DNA of 64,000 bases, from the NCBI GenBank assembly GCA_951406725.2, contig OX597819.1, positions 92,380,001 to 92,444,000 of the forward strand, given 5' to 3'. Shown one piece after another: positions 14,065 to 26,850 of the stretch (the first letter of the stretch is position 1; every line of letters starts with the position of its first letter). Made by a program: the position numbers and the translations under genes. A model generated the notes under the pieces. It did not search any database. It was not told the origin of the DNA and saw only the letters and a program-made list of their open reading frames with translations. This DNA is from Octopus vulgaris (taxonomy: Eukaryota).

Positions 14065-14231
14065 GGCGTAGGAGAGGCTGTGTGGTAAGTATCTTGCTTA
14101 CCAACTACATGGTTCCGGGTTCAGTCCCACTGCGTGGTATCTTGGGCAAGTGTCTTCTACTATAGCCTCGTGCCGACCAAAGCCTTGTGTGTGGATTTGG
14201 TAGACGGAAACTGAAAGAATCCCGTCGTATG

Positions 14232-14286
<55 letters not shown>

Positions 14287-14502
14287 TTATGCATATGCTT
14301 GTGTGTCTGTGTTTATCCCACAATCATCGTTTGACAACCGATGCTGGTGTGGTTACGTTCCCGTAAGTTAGCGGTTCGGCAAAAGAGACAAGATAGAATA
14401 AGTACTAGGCGTACAAAGAATAAGTCCTGGGGTCGATTTACTCGACTAAAGGCGTTGCTCCAGCATGGCCGCAGTCAAATGGCTGAAACAAATAAAAGAG
14501 TA
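14065..14502 (+). mobile_element. SINE family A, full length
   Basis: ggcgtaggagaggctgtgtggtaag..ggttcagtcccactgcgtgg..ccagcatggccgcagtcaaatggctgaaacaa. Confidence 0.9.
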
Positions 14503-15589
14503 TCATAATTTTCACATTGAAATTTTCCAAGATATTATGAATGAAAAGGTTTCTATCATACTGATATTAACAACATATGATAAAGGAAACGGTTAAGTCG
14601 ATTTTTCTCGCAGTAGACTATCTGTGTATGGCCTACAATTGTACATAATATTACATAACATTATCTTCTATTGTATGTTATTAGAAGCAAATAAAGAAAC
14701 TCAACCCGTTTTTGCTTCGTTACATTTCAATGACATGTAGACTGAATTTATTTTTCAATCAGTTGTTTCTCAATTACTTTAAGACCTTCTATTGGCTTCA
14801 CTGATTTTGTATAGGAAACCTCAGTTATTTCACTCGTTAACTGTTTTACATTCTCATGATTCTACTACTCCAACACTTTATAACTCACGAGACGAATGAA
14901 TGTCTTGTGTGCGTTCAAGTCCAAGCCTTCTAAAGTTGCTGCACTTTCTACAACATGGTTTTTCTCTTTAAAAAATAAATCAGGGATACACTTTCTTTTG
15001 CTTACGAGCTCTTCTCGTGTTAACGAGGATGAAGTATCTCATTTTCAATATATTCGAAATGTCATCAAACACACAAGCAACGACAGATGAAGCATAATAA
15101 TAAAGAGAAAAAATAAGTCAGATGTTTCCCATGATGGTAGAATAGATGGTTAGGCAAGTGGGACTAGAAGTGAATTAGAGGAAGAGGTGGATAGTTAAAC
15201 AAGAAGACTTATAGGTACAATACTTCAAATAACTAGAGAGCTACAGCAACAATGAAAAACTGAAAGTATTGTCAGTTGGATGATATAAAGGAAGATGGTG
15301 TACGGCTTCAATGACAGAGTAAAATATTGTAGGGTGGATGGAAGTGGAGAGAAATATGAATAACAAAATTGACTTGAAAGTATGTAACATATAGTTTATA
15401 TAGTTTCTATAACAGATGTAGGAGAAAAGTTAAGTTGCTGAACGTAGGCGGGAAGCATTCACGCAAAACATACAATAGCACTCATTTACAATTAATAGCA
15501 TATAGATACACTTCAACATTTATATATAGTCTTCTATTCTTTTACCTGTTTTAGTCATTTGACTGCGGCCATGCTGGAATACCACCTTG

Positions 15590-16490
15590 AGAAGAGAACA
15601 GTGCTGTGGAAAGCATAAAAACAAATCCAAAAACTTTCTATAACATTGTAAAGGAAACACCCAGAGTAAATATAAAATAGGACCCTTGTTCCAACGGAAT
15701 GACTCACTGATTGCGGACCCAGGAAGAATAAATGATATACTCAGTGAACAATTTAAAAGTGTCTTCACTTCCCCCCTTGGACACATACAGATAAAACCTC
15801 CGACTGAATTCTTTAATATTGCAACTCTAAAAAAGGAGACGCCAACCATCGATTACATCAACATTGAGGAGACAGATGAAAGAGCGGTCATATTTGAAAT
15901 GAGCTCATGCCCCGCAACTGGTCCTGATGGCCTCCCAGCTATTCTCCCGAAGTCATTAAGCAGGCTTTAGCGAAACCATTTCAGCTACTTTTCCAGAGTT
16001 TTCTTGCAAATAGTAAACTTCCTAAAAAGTTGAACAAAGGCATTATGTGCCTTATCCTCAAAGGTGGAAGCAAATAAGAGGCCAAAATCTACAAGCCAAT
16101 CTCTCTGACTTCACATATCAGTAAAATCAGGGAGCGAATCATCAGAAAGAAGTTGATAATGCTCCTGGAAGAAAATAACCTACTTAACAATATACGGCAT
16201 GGCTTTTGTCCAGGAAGAAGTTACCTCACACAAATCCTACAAAACTATGACTGGGTTTTTTAACAGCTGCTTGACCATTCAGATGTCAGCGGGATATATC
16301 TTGACTTTGCAAAGGCATTTGGTAAGTAAGATCACATCATGATATGTCATAAGCTACGAAGCCTTAGCATTGCTGTTAAACTGGGAGAATGGCTGCATGA
16401 CTTCGTTAAAGGCAGAAGTCAGGTAGTTGCAGCCAATGGTGCCCTTTCAGAGGAAACTTAAATCCTAAGTGGCATACCAAGGGAACTGTT
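15590..16490 (+). pseudogene. CR1-group LINE ORF2 fragment (RT N-terminal half), decayed
   Basis: ORF 15686-15970 (DILSEQFKSVFT, ATGPDG); downstream YKPISLTSHI, HGF and YLDFAKAF motifs with stops; paralogous to the minus-strand element. Confidence 0.85.
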
Positions 16491-18898
16491 TCCTGGTCTC
16501 TTGTTCTAAAGGTTCTAAGAAACCATCCGGTCCGCCGCCTACATTTCATTGCCAATTTAGCAACATGCACATGAAAGGTTGCATCATCACGCATGTAAAT
16601 ACCCAGGTTTCGCACTGATTGTGCCTCTGGGATTGCAATCCCTCCAGATCCAGTGTACTTATTGGGTATTGCATTTAGTTTTGCATGCTGATAGCATAAA
16701 GCTTGAAACTTTTCAGCATTGAACTGCATGCTATTCTTTTCAGCCCACTTGTATATTTTGTCCAGCTCACATTGCAGGTGCTTAGTGTCTTCAGGGTTCT
16801 GTATTGCCTGTGAAACTTTTGTTTCATCTGCATAACTTGTGATCGTGGCCCTCTGCGTGACTGAGGGCATGTCTGAGAGGGCCATTATGAACAGTAGTGG
16901 TCCCAAAACAGTGCCCTGCGGAACACCGCTCACTATTTGCGTGTTAATGGAAGTGGCCCCATTGGTTACTACCATCTGGCTTCTATCCTTCAGAAAGTCA
17001 TGAAGCCATTCTCCCAATTTTCCAACTATACCAAGATCACGCAATTTGTGACATATCATTCCATGATCGACTTTACCAAAGGCCTTTGCAAAGTCGAGAT
17101 ATATGACTTCCACATTTGAGTGGTTGAGCAGTCGTTTCAGCACCCAGTCATAGTGTTGTAGGAGCTGAGTTAAGCAGCTTCTTCCTGGTCGGAAACCATG
17201 TTGGCTGTCAGGCAGCAAGTCATTTTCTTCAAGGAAGGTGATCAGTTTCCCTCTGACTATTCGTTCCATTACCTTTCTGATGTGTGAGGTCAGAAAGATA
17301 GGTCTGTAGTTCTTGGCCTCCGCTCTGCTACCTCCTTTATGAATAGGGCATATTTTACCTTCCTTCAGTTTTCTTGGAAGTTTGACAGTTGCAAGGAAGC
17401 TCTGAAAGAGGAACTGCAGTGGTCTTGCTAGGACTCTCTTACATACTTTTAGAAGGATTGACAGGAATCCATCGGGGCCAGTAGCTGAGTTTGTTTTCAT
17501 CTCATCTATAGCCTTTATTACATCGTCTTCCTTTATATTGATGTAGTCAATCATCGCTGCTTCTGATTTTATATCTGCAGTGGTAAAGAAGTTAGTTGGA
17601 TTGCTGACTTGAAAATGCCCTAGGGGTGGAGTGAAAATACTCTTGAATTGCTCATTTAGTATTTCACTTATCCTCATTGGATTTCCTGAGAGTGTGCCAT
17701 CCTTTTCAACGAGTGGCCCTATCCTACAGTACACCGTAGCTGTTTCTTTGGCATACCTGTAGAAAGCTCTGGGGTTAAATTTTATGTTGTCTATAGCCCA
17801 GGCCTCTTTGTCTGCTCTTTCTTTTTCATGGGAGAGTTGCAGACATTTTTCAATTTCCAACAGTTTTATTTTCGGGCGGGACTTTTCACTGCTTTCAATT
17901 TGTTTGTTTAGGCGATTTGAAACTTTTGAACGCCGTCCCATTAGAATTTTCCTCTCTCTGGGGATTTTGTTCTTGTGTACAGTGGGCTTTCTCTCTGGGA
18001 CACATTTGTAGCATATGGCTTGCATTACAGACATATAATCGTTGAAGTTTCATGTCGATGTCTGGCGAGGAGAGACATTCAGGCCAGTTTTGTTTGAGGA
18101 TCTCTTTCTCAATTTGTTTCCAGTTTGCTTTATGGAAGTTCAAGCTGGAAAGATTCTGAGAGTTTCTTGTAGGCTGCATGTCCATGCTCTCCTTTGGCCC
18201 GTACATGGTCAGCTCTACTATGTTGTGATCCGAGAGTAGTGTCGGTGTCACTTTCACATTATGGATGAGATCCATATTATTTGTGAAGCAGAGATCCAGT
18301 ATGTTACCTGCCCTGGTTGGTTGGAGTATTACTTGCTCCATGTACAGAGTTTTGATGAGTTTCAGGAGGGACCTCGCCTGTCCTCGTTCGCATCGTGTCA
18401 TTCCTAGGAAAGGCCCTCGGGTCATCTGACATTGGGTAGATTGAAGTCTCCCATAAGAAGTACATTTATGTGTTGTTCTAATGTGACTAGAACTTCTATT
18501 TTTATAAGGCAGTCTTCAAACTTGCCTACATGGCTTGGGGCATCTGGAGAGCGATATGTAGCACATATAACTACACCAAGTTGCCTTATATGTACAATTA
18601 GTGTGTCACACACCGAATTTGAGTATGACAAAAGGACCTGGGGTGTGAGGTCCTCGCCGATGTACATAGCATCTCCTCCATGACTCCTTTCTTTTCTGTC
18701 GGTCCGTAGTACAACATACTGTGGTATGTGTATTTCCGCATCTACTATGTCCGGTTTCAGGTGTGTTTCCGTAAGTGCTATGCATAAGGTTTGATTGCAT
18801 GCAACAAAGTCTCTCAAGAACGGGATTTTTGTCCTGTTACTGAGTGTTAGCAGTCCTCTGATGTTCAGTAGGAGCATCGAGATGATGTGCATGCCCAT
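16490..18898 (-). mobile_element. CR1-group non-LTR retrotransposon ORF2 (APE endonuclease + RT), frameshifted and 3'-truncated
   Basis: 18422-18898: LNIRGL, LTETHL, GDFNLP. 17895-18425: PTRAGNILDLCFT, SDH. 16406-18034: NYRPI, QHGFR, YLDFAKAF, GVPQGTVLGPLLF, YADE. Confidence 0.95.
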
Positions 18899-18924
18899 GA
18901 TATATAATTATAACACTTATTTAT

Positions 18925-19122
18925 CTCTGCTATAGGCGGAAAACCTGAAATTTAGGCGAGGAGGCTAGTCGTATAAATCGTTCCCAGTACTTAAATGGTA
19001 CTTAATAATTGACCCCGAAATATTTAAAGACAAAGCTGACTTCGGGGTGAAACTTGTATTCAGAACGTAAAGCTGAAAGCAATGGTATGACATTCTAACG
19101 AATTTGCCATTTTGCAGTCTTC
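18925..19122 (-). mobile_element. SINE family D (Nin-domain-like), degenerate
   Basis: Matches 48882-49091 (ggtacttaa..tgaccccgaaa..caaag..cagaacgtaa). Confidence 0.6.
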
Positions 19123-19141
19123 ATTATGATAATTATGCATG

Positions 19142-19927
19142 TACAAGGTGTTGTAAAAAAGTAACCTACCTTGATTTATTTTCACAAAGTAATAATGCGT
19201 AAGCAAAATCTGGTGGCTGCGGGATCCCTGAGCATGCACGAAAATGTTCACGTCTGTACGTTGATCCATTCGCCCAGTCATGCGTTGCGTACTGACGTAA
19301 AGAGTGTGCTGTTAAACTTTCTTTTTGAGTCAGGATCACTGTGCACATTGAGCAAAGACAATATCAAATTCTGCAAACATCTTGGTGATACGCAAGTCCA
19401 GACTTATCGAGAAGATACAGAAGGCCTTTGGAGATGATGCTATGCGAAAAACACTAATAAAGGAGTGGCCAAACCGATTCAAAAATGGCCGCACCTCAGT
19501 GGACGGTGAGACATGTTGCGGCCAGGCAATTACCAAGGAATACTAGCAGGGAGTTCTGCTAGTGAAGAACTGGTAACTCCACCATGATAACGCACCCTCT
19601 CATTCTGCCCACGCCATCCAAGCATTTCTCGTCGAGCACAACACACCACTTGTTCGTCAGGCTTCCCACTCCCCAGACTTGGCTCCGTGTGACTTTTGGT
19701 TATTCCCAAAGCTCAAAAAACACCCAAAGTGAGAAATTTGAGTAAACAGAGGATATTAAGCAAATAGTGGTTCCCAGAAATGTTTCTAACAGTGGCAGAG
19801 ACGTTGGCAGAAGTTTGTAGAATCTCATGGCGAATGCTTTGAAGGAGACTAAATTAAAATGCCGAGTTTTCTTTCATATTATTTGTTTTTGGGCCAAAGG
19901 TCGCATACTTTTTCACTACACCTCGTA
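19142..19927 (+). mobile_element. Internally deleted Tc1/mariner (mariner-type) transposon
   Basis: TA-flanked imperfect TIRs (tacaaggtgttgtaaaaaagta / tactttttcactacacctcgta); remnants HHDNAPSH and HSPDLAPCDFWLFPKLK (YSPDLAP motif). Confidence 0.9.
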
Positions 19928-20204
19928 TAATTATCTTATATGAACAATTAAAATTTTATTAACAGAACCTCGAAAGAAAAAGAAAAGAAAAAACAAAACA
20001 AAAAACAAACAGCAATCAATAAATATCTTCATTGGTGAACTTTGAAAATAAAATTAAAATCTCTGGAAACTCAGAAGTAGGTATACGCTGTACCCTTACG
20101 TATTCTTGTTTTCTTCAATAACAATATCGATATCTAATTATCAATGATTTGGAGTAAATTTAATAAGAATAGGAGAGATAAAAAATTAATGCGGAAATAT
20201 CTTG

Positions 20205-20249
<45 letters not shown>

Positions 20250-20929
20250 TTCTCTGTCTACTGCTCTGTCCGTTTGAGTTTCATCTGAAAATTCGAGTTT
20301 TTAGTTTTTCTTCTAGTCTATTTCAATCTCGCCATTTATATTGCACGCGTCACTATGCGTTTCTACAGGAGTACTTATAAAGAAGGTGAAGTGTGCGGAG
20401 AAAAGAAAGAGAGAGAGAGAAAATAAGCAAGAGAGAAAGAAAGAAGGGAGAAATGAAAGTAAAAGGGTAAAAGGCGGAGAAGAAGGTAACGTGCTATCTA
20501 ATGCAAATATCAGCTTTCGAACGAACTGAAAGATAAATAACAAATCTTCTATCACTGACAGAATACAATCACTGACCAACTTAAGAGTACAGCGACCTAT
20601 GAAGCTACGTGCACATTCTTAAAGAGTCATCCAATCTACGTGTCGCATGATATAAGGATAAGAAAATAAAACGGCAAAGAAACCAATTAGAAGATAACAA
20701 CAACACATCAATGGTTTCTAACATGCGAATTCTGTTGACTAACAGTACATAAGATAATCCTGTAGAATAGAAGGTCGATGCAATATTTCAACGAACATTA
20801 ACGTTATAGTATATGATATGGCTATTTAGAATAATATAATATAATGTAATATAATATAATATATAGAATATAATAGAATAATGTAATAAAACTATCTTGT
20901 AGCTATTTTGTTATTCACCAAATACTTAA

Positions 20930-20967
<38 letters not shown>

Positions 20968-21230
20968 AGAGAGAGAGAGAGAAAGAAATACTACTCTCTG
21001 AGTACATATAAAATGAAAGAAACTATTCCGAGACAAATGGCTAATACGAAGTTTGACATTTTTGATTCTCTGTTTAGACAAGTGCCAGTGTCCAGCGAAA
21101 ATTAGTTTTAGCTGTAAACCTTTAGTTACAAGGAAGTCATCGGTCTCCCTCCTTTTCTGTTCTCCTCTCTCACACGAATACGCACACACATATATATACA
21201 CAAGTATGCGAATAGGTAAACAGTCATGCA

Positions 21231-21287
<57 letters not shown>

Positions 21288-21513
21288 GAAATAGTAAAAT
21301 TAATAACTCTCTCTAAAAGAGAACAGCGGCAGCGTTCCCGGAAAATAATAGTTATCGCCATACTAATATGGCATTCTTATAAAAATAAGAATAAAGCTGT
21401 CCGCTTATTAGCTCCATGAGGCCATCGCCTTAAGTTAGCTATTTGATACACAAACTGTATCCATATAACCTTCGAACAAGGGAGGTCAGTCGCTCCACAC
21501 TACTTGACCGGCA

Positions 21514-21555
21514 GCTACAGACGCGTTTCGGGATATTGCCCCTTTTCAATGCAGC
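21514..21555 (-). ncRNA. Hammerhead motif, unit 1 (U3-A8 core variant)
   Basis: gctgca TTGAAAA gggg caata tccc GAAA cgcg TC tgtagc. Confidence 0.75.
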
Positions 21556-21874
21556 GTAGCCAGCCAGTAGGTGTCGCTTCCGACAATCTCTGTTCGATGG
21601 TTTTATTTACCTAGTTTCGGTGGAATACATCCACTTGTTTTCAATAATAGAAATATTAAAATTACTAAGTCTCTCTAAAAGAGAACAGCGGCAGCGTTCC
21701 CGGAAAATAATAGTTATCGCCATACTAATATGGCATTCTTATAAAAATAAGAATAAAGCTGTCCGCTTATTAGCTCCATGAGGCCATCGCCTTAAGTTAG
21801 CTATTTGATACACAAACTGTATCCATATAACCTTCGAACAAGGAGGTCAGTCGCTCCACACTACTTGACCGGCA

Positions 21875-21916
21875 GCTACAGACGCGTTTCGGAGTATTGC
21901 CCCTTTTCAATGCAGC
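21875..21916 (-). ncRNA. Hammerhead motif, unit 2
   Basis: gctgca TTGAAAA gggg caata ctcc GAAA cgcg TC tgtagc. Confidence 0.75.
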
Positions 21917-22234
21917 GTAGCCAGCCAGTAGGTGTCGCTTCCGACAATCTCTGTTCGATGGTTTTATTTACCTAGTTTCGGTGGAATACATCCACTTGTT
22001 TTCAATAATAGAAATATTAAAATTACTAAGTCTCTAAAAGAGAACAGCGGCAGCGTTCCCGGAAAATAATAGTTATCGCCATACTAATATGGCATTCTTA
22101 TGAAAATAAGAATAAAGCTGTCCGCTTATTAGCTCCATGAGGCCATCGCCTTAAGTTAGCTATTTGATACACAAACTGTATCCATATAACCTTCGAACAA
22201 GGGAGGTCAGTCGCTCCACACTACTTGACCGGCA

Positions 22235-22276
22235 GCTACAGACGCGTTTCGGGGTATTACCCCTTTTCAATGCAGC
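22235..22276 (-). ncRNA. Hammerhead motif, unit 3
   Basis: gctgca TTGAAAA ggggt aat acccc GAAA cgcg TC tgtagc. Confidence 0.75.
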
Positions 22277-22559
22277 GTAGCCAGCCAGTAGGTGTCGCTT
22301 CCGACAATCTCTGTTCGATGGTTTTATTTACCTAGTTTCGGTGGAATACATCCACTTGTTTTCAATAATTTTATAAGAATGCCATATAAGTATGGCGATA
22401 ACTATTATTTTCCGGGAACGCTGCCGCTGTTCTCTTTTAGAGAGACTTAGTAATTTTAATATTTCTATTATTGAAAACAAGTGGATGTATTCCACCGAAA
22501 CTAGGTAAATAAAACCATCGAACAGAGATTGTCGGAAGCGACACCTACTGGCTGGCTAC

Positions 22560-22601
22560 GCTGCATTGAAAAGGGGCAATACCCCGAAACGCGTCTGTAG
22601 C
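22560..22601 (+). ncRNA. Hammerhead motif, inverted copy
   Basis: gctgca TTGAAAA gggg caata cccc GAAA cgcg TC tgtagc; stem I can extend via gctggc/gccggt across a bulge. Confidence 0.75.
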
Positions 22602-22850
22602 TGCCGGTCAAGTAGTGTGGAGCGACTGACCTCCCTTGTTCGAAGGTTATATGGATACAGTTTGTGTATCAAATAGCTAACTTAAGGCGATGGCCTCATG
22701 GAGCTAATAAGCGGACAGCTTTATTCTTATTTTTATAAGAATGCCATATTAGTATGGCGATAACTATTATTATTATATATATATATATGTATGTATGTGT
22801 ATATGTAGATATGTACATATGCATATGTATATAAAAAATATATAAATAGG

Positions 22851-22888
<38 letters not shown>

Positions 22889-23112
22889 GTATGGATGGAA
22901 GGATGGAGAGAGATGGATGTATATTACACATGTACATAAACCTGAGGTGTCGATATTTTCCGGTATTATACGGATACGATGTAATATTTCATGTACTATA
23001 TGGTAACGTAGCCGCAAGAAACCTCTGGTAGAAAATCGATGAATCAACTGTGGAATTATGTAATTAAACGTATTGCTTACTCTGTTCTCTTTGTTAGTTT
23101 TTGCATCCAGCT

Positions 23113-23290
23113 AAGGCGTCGAGCTGACAGAATCATTAGCATGCCGGGAGAATTGATTAGCAGCGGTTCGTCTGTCTCCACGTTCTGAGTTCAAATTTCG
23201 CCGAAGTCCACTTTGCCTTTCATCCTTTTCAAGATGATACGTACAAGTTGAGCACTGGAGTCAAAGTAATCGACTCCGTCCCACCAAATT
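23113..23290 (+). mobile_element. SINE family D (Nin-domain-like)
   Basis: aaggcgtcgagctgacagaatc..gttctgagttcaaatttcgccgaagtccactttgcctttcatcc. Confidence 0.75.
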
Positions 23291-24436
23291 TCCATTCACC
23301 CATACATGCCTCATATGTGTGTGTGTGTGCGCGTAAGTGCATGTGTGTGTGAGTGTGGAAAAGGCGAATTTTTATAAGTAATCCGTGGTGACGAAACTGC
23401 GCTGCCTAAATTGTCCAGTGAGAGCCGTTGTAATCCATGTCAGTTGTAAAATTACTTCCTGCTTTCTATTCAATTTGCAAATCCGAAATTCAAGCACCAA
23501 ATAGTTTTAATATAAAGTCACAGAGTATAGAAGAAAAGACAAAAAAATATGGAGAATTATGGTTTCGGAAAACCGCTCACGCGCGTTTCGGGTCAGTAAG
23601 CATTTTCAAATTCTGTGATGCAATCATCATGCATATTAACCGATACCGTATTTTATTGGCTAATATTCTACAAGGATAGAGGAATTAGCTATATCATACT
23701 GCTTAGAATGGGGTGCATTTTAAGAGTGTACGTCTTGCACTGGTAAAATGTTGTTAGTTAAACTAACAACATTTGACCAGTACATGTGGTAAACGCGATA
23801 TTTCAGTAGATATACATAGGCATAGTATTTATAAAATAATGCTAGGATTGTTATATGTCATCCATTTTCCTCAATCCTACCAGTCAAGTTGATGAATGTC
23901 TACAGCAAAAATTCCTGCCTCCCGACCCCATTGTAATTATTACTGACCAATTCAAGTAAATACAAGAGGTAAATAGAACAGGGTTATTCTGCAGTTAATT
24001 ATTTAAAGCAGATGGAAATGTCATTTGGTCAGTTTTAATTTTAAGTATAGACTATGAAGAATAACCGATCTATTATTTACTAACGAAGATATCTTGGTTG
24101 AAAAAAATATTTTTCTGAAAAGATTAAATATTAAACATAAAAACAGAAGTAATATAAGAAGGGTAAATTAAGATAAATAAAGTAAATAAATAAGATAAAT
24201 GAAGTAAATAAATAAAGTAAAATAAAGTAAAAATGAATTAACAATGAAGTTAAAAGTAATTAGAAAATAAATTAAAAGTAATTTACAACAATTAAAGATT
24301 AATTATTAAACTAATTACGGTTTTTTAAAATAAAAATAATAATTATAACAACAACATAACTATCATAACTATGATAATAATTTTTATAAAATTAAGATGA
24401 CTAAAATAATTAGATAAAAAAATTAATTATAGATAG

Positions 24437-25800
24437 ATAATTAAAGATAGATATATACCTAATTTCAGACAAGTTATAAAATTAGATTTATGGTTCAACT
24501 CATATGAAGTAATTGATTGGTTTAAAGAAACTCAGCAGTTTATCCAAATCGATAAATCTACTTATTATTCCTCTAATAACCCTATTTTACTAAGTAGAAT
24601 ATTCGTCTTTGCGGTGAAGGACTGATTTATCTAGAAAAGACTATAATTGAATTCGAAGGGAAACATTGAACTAGAAAGGACAGACCTAACAATATTCATA
24701 TAATTATGGTGTCCAACAACTCAGTACAAATAACTGATATATTACACACACACACTCATGTTTGTGTGTACACGTGTGTGCCCACGCGAATGTGTGTGTT
24801 GAAAACTGTTTAAATGGTGAATTTTCTGAGCCAGTGTCTGGAGATTGCATCGAGACGACACTTTATTTATTGTTTATAGGTGTAGTAAGTTTAACTTAGA
24901 AAGGTATAGGGAAAAAACCCTTATATTTTTTAAGGGCCTAGGACTATCTATCTTCCTGGAGATGCAGTAAATTAAATTTTGTGGATGTTACCTTGGACAT
25001 TATTACTCAGCTGTATCATCTGTGTCCCATGCGAAATGAGATACTCGAATACGTGAGGTAATAATCCAATCGTCCAAAAGCAATTATAAATTTTATAGTT
25101 CGGAGCGTCTCCGTTATAATTGCTTGACTTTCAACTAAATGATGGATATTTAAACAAAATGAGAAATACTGCAATCTAGCTTTAGCAGAAGCTTGATGTA
25201 CAGAGAAAATTTATTATATACATAACGTTGAGATTAAGAATATTCTTCACGATTCAGAAGTAACGGATTGAATGAATAATGCTGGCAATCATCATAACAA
25301 TAAAGCTGAAAAGACCAAGGTTAAATTTGATTAGACTAATAGTAAGAAAAGCTTTATTGATAATAGATTAGGCAGTATAAAGTGAGCAAGAAATTAAAAC
25401 TTCTAATTAAAAGAAACAGTGAAATTAAGAGCGAGAGTACTTATGTGAACGTAGGAGCAGTATTAAATAACAAGAGTATTGTAACAACCAACCAAACTAC
25501 GGATTGTAATAGGGATTGTAATAATTATATTCGAGACAAGTTACATTTAAGGCCCAAGTGGCCATAAAAATTTCAGGTAAATGTTTCATGGCTATGGGCA
25601 AGCATTTTCTAATATCAAGTAAATATGGTGTGTTATTTAACGGCAATACAGTAAAATTGGACTTCTGGAATACGAGAAATTTGCCTGAAATTATAGCAGC
25701 ACATAACGTTAGTAAGTTGCGGAAGTTTGTTGAAATGGATTTATCAAGTGAACTTAAAAATAGACATAAGGAGAGTAGTAACAATAGTAAAGGTAATAAT
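24437..25800 (+). pseudogene. Penelope-like reverse transcriptase remnant
   Basis: Manual translation: LDLWFNSYEVIDWFK..FIQIDKSTYYSS, LHRDDTL (cf. LYRDDGL), NFVDVTLD, SNRP (cf. SNHP); ORF 25558-25821 GKHF..LFNGNTVKL..IIAAHN matches the PLE thumb/linker pattern. Confidence 0.8.
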
Positions 25801-25806
25801 AATAAT

Positions 25807-26198
25807 GAGCATGTCCCTTAGTGGCTGACGATATGTGCATCTCTGATCACGAGCAGAAGTAGTGGGGGAGCATCATAGCCATGTGTTGAGAAGGATTCTT
25901 TGGGGGTTTGAATAATTCACCTCTGGAAACATGGGTGTTTCGTTCAACATCCTTAAACAAGCCTTATTCAGGGACCTTTTGAGCGGGATGGGTTACTCGA
26001 TCTGAAGAAAATTCTAACTGGGCTCCACCTGCAAGGTCATGTGCTGTTTATCTTGATATGAGATCACCATGTCGCGCACATATGGTTGTGATGCATGTGC
26101 CTGGTGTACCCTTATCAGACGGGTAGTCATGATGGGTATACTGGGCTTCGTATATTTACCCCAGTGTCACTTTGATGGCATGCTCTGCTCGCTCACTC

Positions 26199-26199
<1 letters not shown>
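25807..26199 (+). mobile_element. 5'-truncated non-LTR 3' end with (AAT)n tail, Dong/R4-like (copy 1)
   Basis: Near-identical to 26408-26800; bounded by (AAT)n on both sides. Family assignment inferred from TAA-repeat targeting. Confidence 0.6.
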
Positions 26200-26240
<41 letters not shown>

Positions 26241-26242
26241 TA

Positions 26243-26815
26243 AATGCCCTGATGCAGTACCAGGCAGTGGCTCTCATGGCTTCTGATCTTAACTGATTGG
26301 AAGTGTTATCATGTACATTGTTTTGTCTTGGTATAAAAGATGGGCTACAGCAAATATTCTGCTCAATACCACAGATTTGCTTGTCAGTTGTTTGACCTTA
26401 ACCAGTTGAGCATGTCCCTTAGTGGCTGACGATATGTGCATCTCTGATCACGAGCAGAAGTAGTGGGGGAGCATCATAGACATGTGTTGAGAGGGATTCT
26501 TTGGGGTTTGAATAGTTCACCTCTGGAAACATAGGTGGTTCTTTCAACATCCTTAAACAACCCTTATTCAGGGACCGTTTGAGCGGGATGGGCTACTCAA
26601 CCTGAAGAAAATTCTAACTGGGCCCCACCTGCAAGGTCATGTGCTGTTTATCTTGATATGAGATCAACATGTTGCGCACATATGGTTGTGATGCATGTGC
26701 CTGGTGTACCTTTATCAGACGGGTAGTCATGATGGGTATATTGGGCTTTGTATATTTTACCCCAGTGTCACTTTGATGGCATGAACTGCTCTCTCACTCA
26801 ATAATAATAATAATG
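26243..26815 (+). mobile_element. Longer copy of the same element, in (AAT)n (copy 2)
   Basis: Shares ~390 bp with copy 1 plus ~165 bp more 5' sequence; ends ctctcactc(aat)n. Confidence 0.6.
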
Positions 26816-26850
26816 TAATTGTAGTTATAATAACGACAATAATAATAATC

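Larger units (their letters stand above)
21284..22770. mobile_element. Retrozyme-like array: three ~361-bp tandem monomers plus a ~400-bp inverted permuted copy, in (TA)n
   Basis: Units start at 21284, 21646 and 22007; 22369-22770 is the reverse complement spanning a monomer junction; one HHR per unit; no coding ORF. Confidence 0.9.

Noticed and set aside
16406-18034. Functional 542-aa reverse transcriptase gene
   Set aside because: Frameshifted from its endonuclease, YADD changed to YADE, and the C-terminus reads through into the neighbouring inverted LINE.
21284-22770. CRISPR array or ordinary satellite
   Set aside because: No short repeats with unique spacers; whole 361-bp units repeat, and the DNA is eukaryotic. 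The HHR content and inversion favour a retroelement origin.
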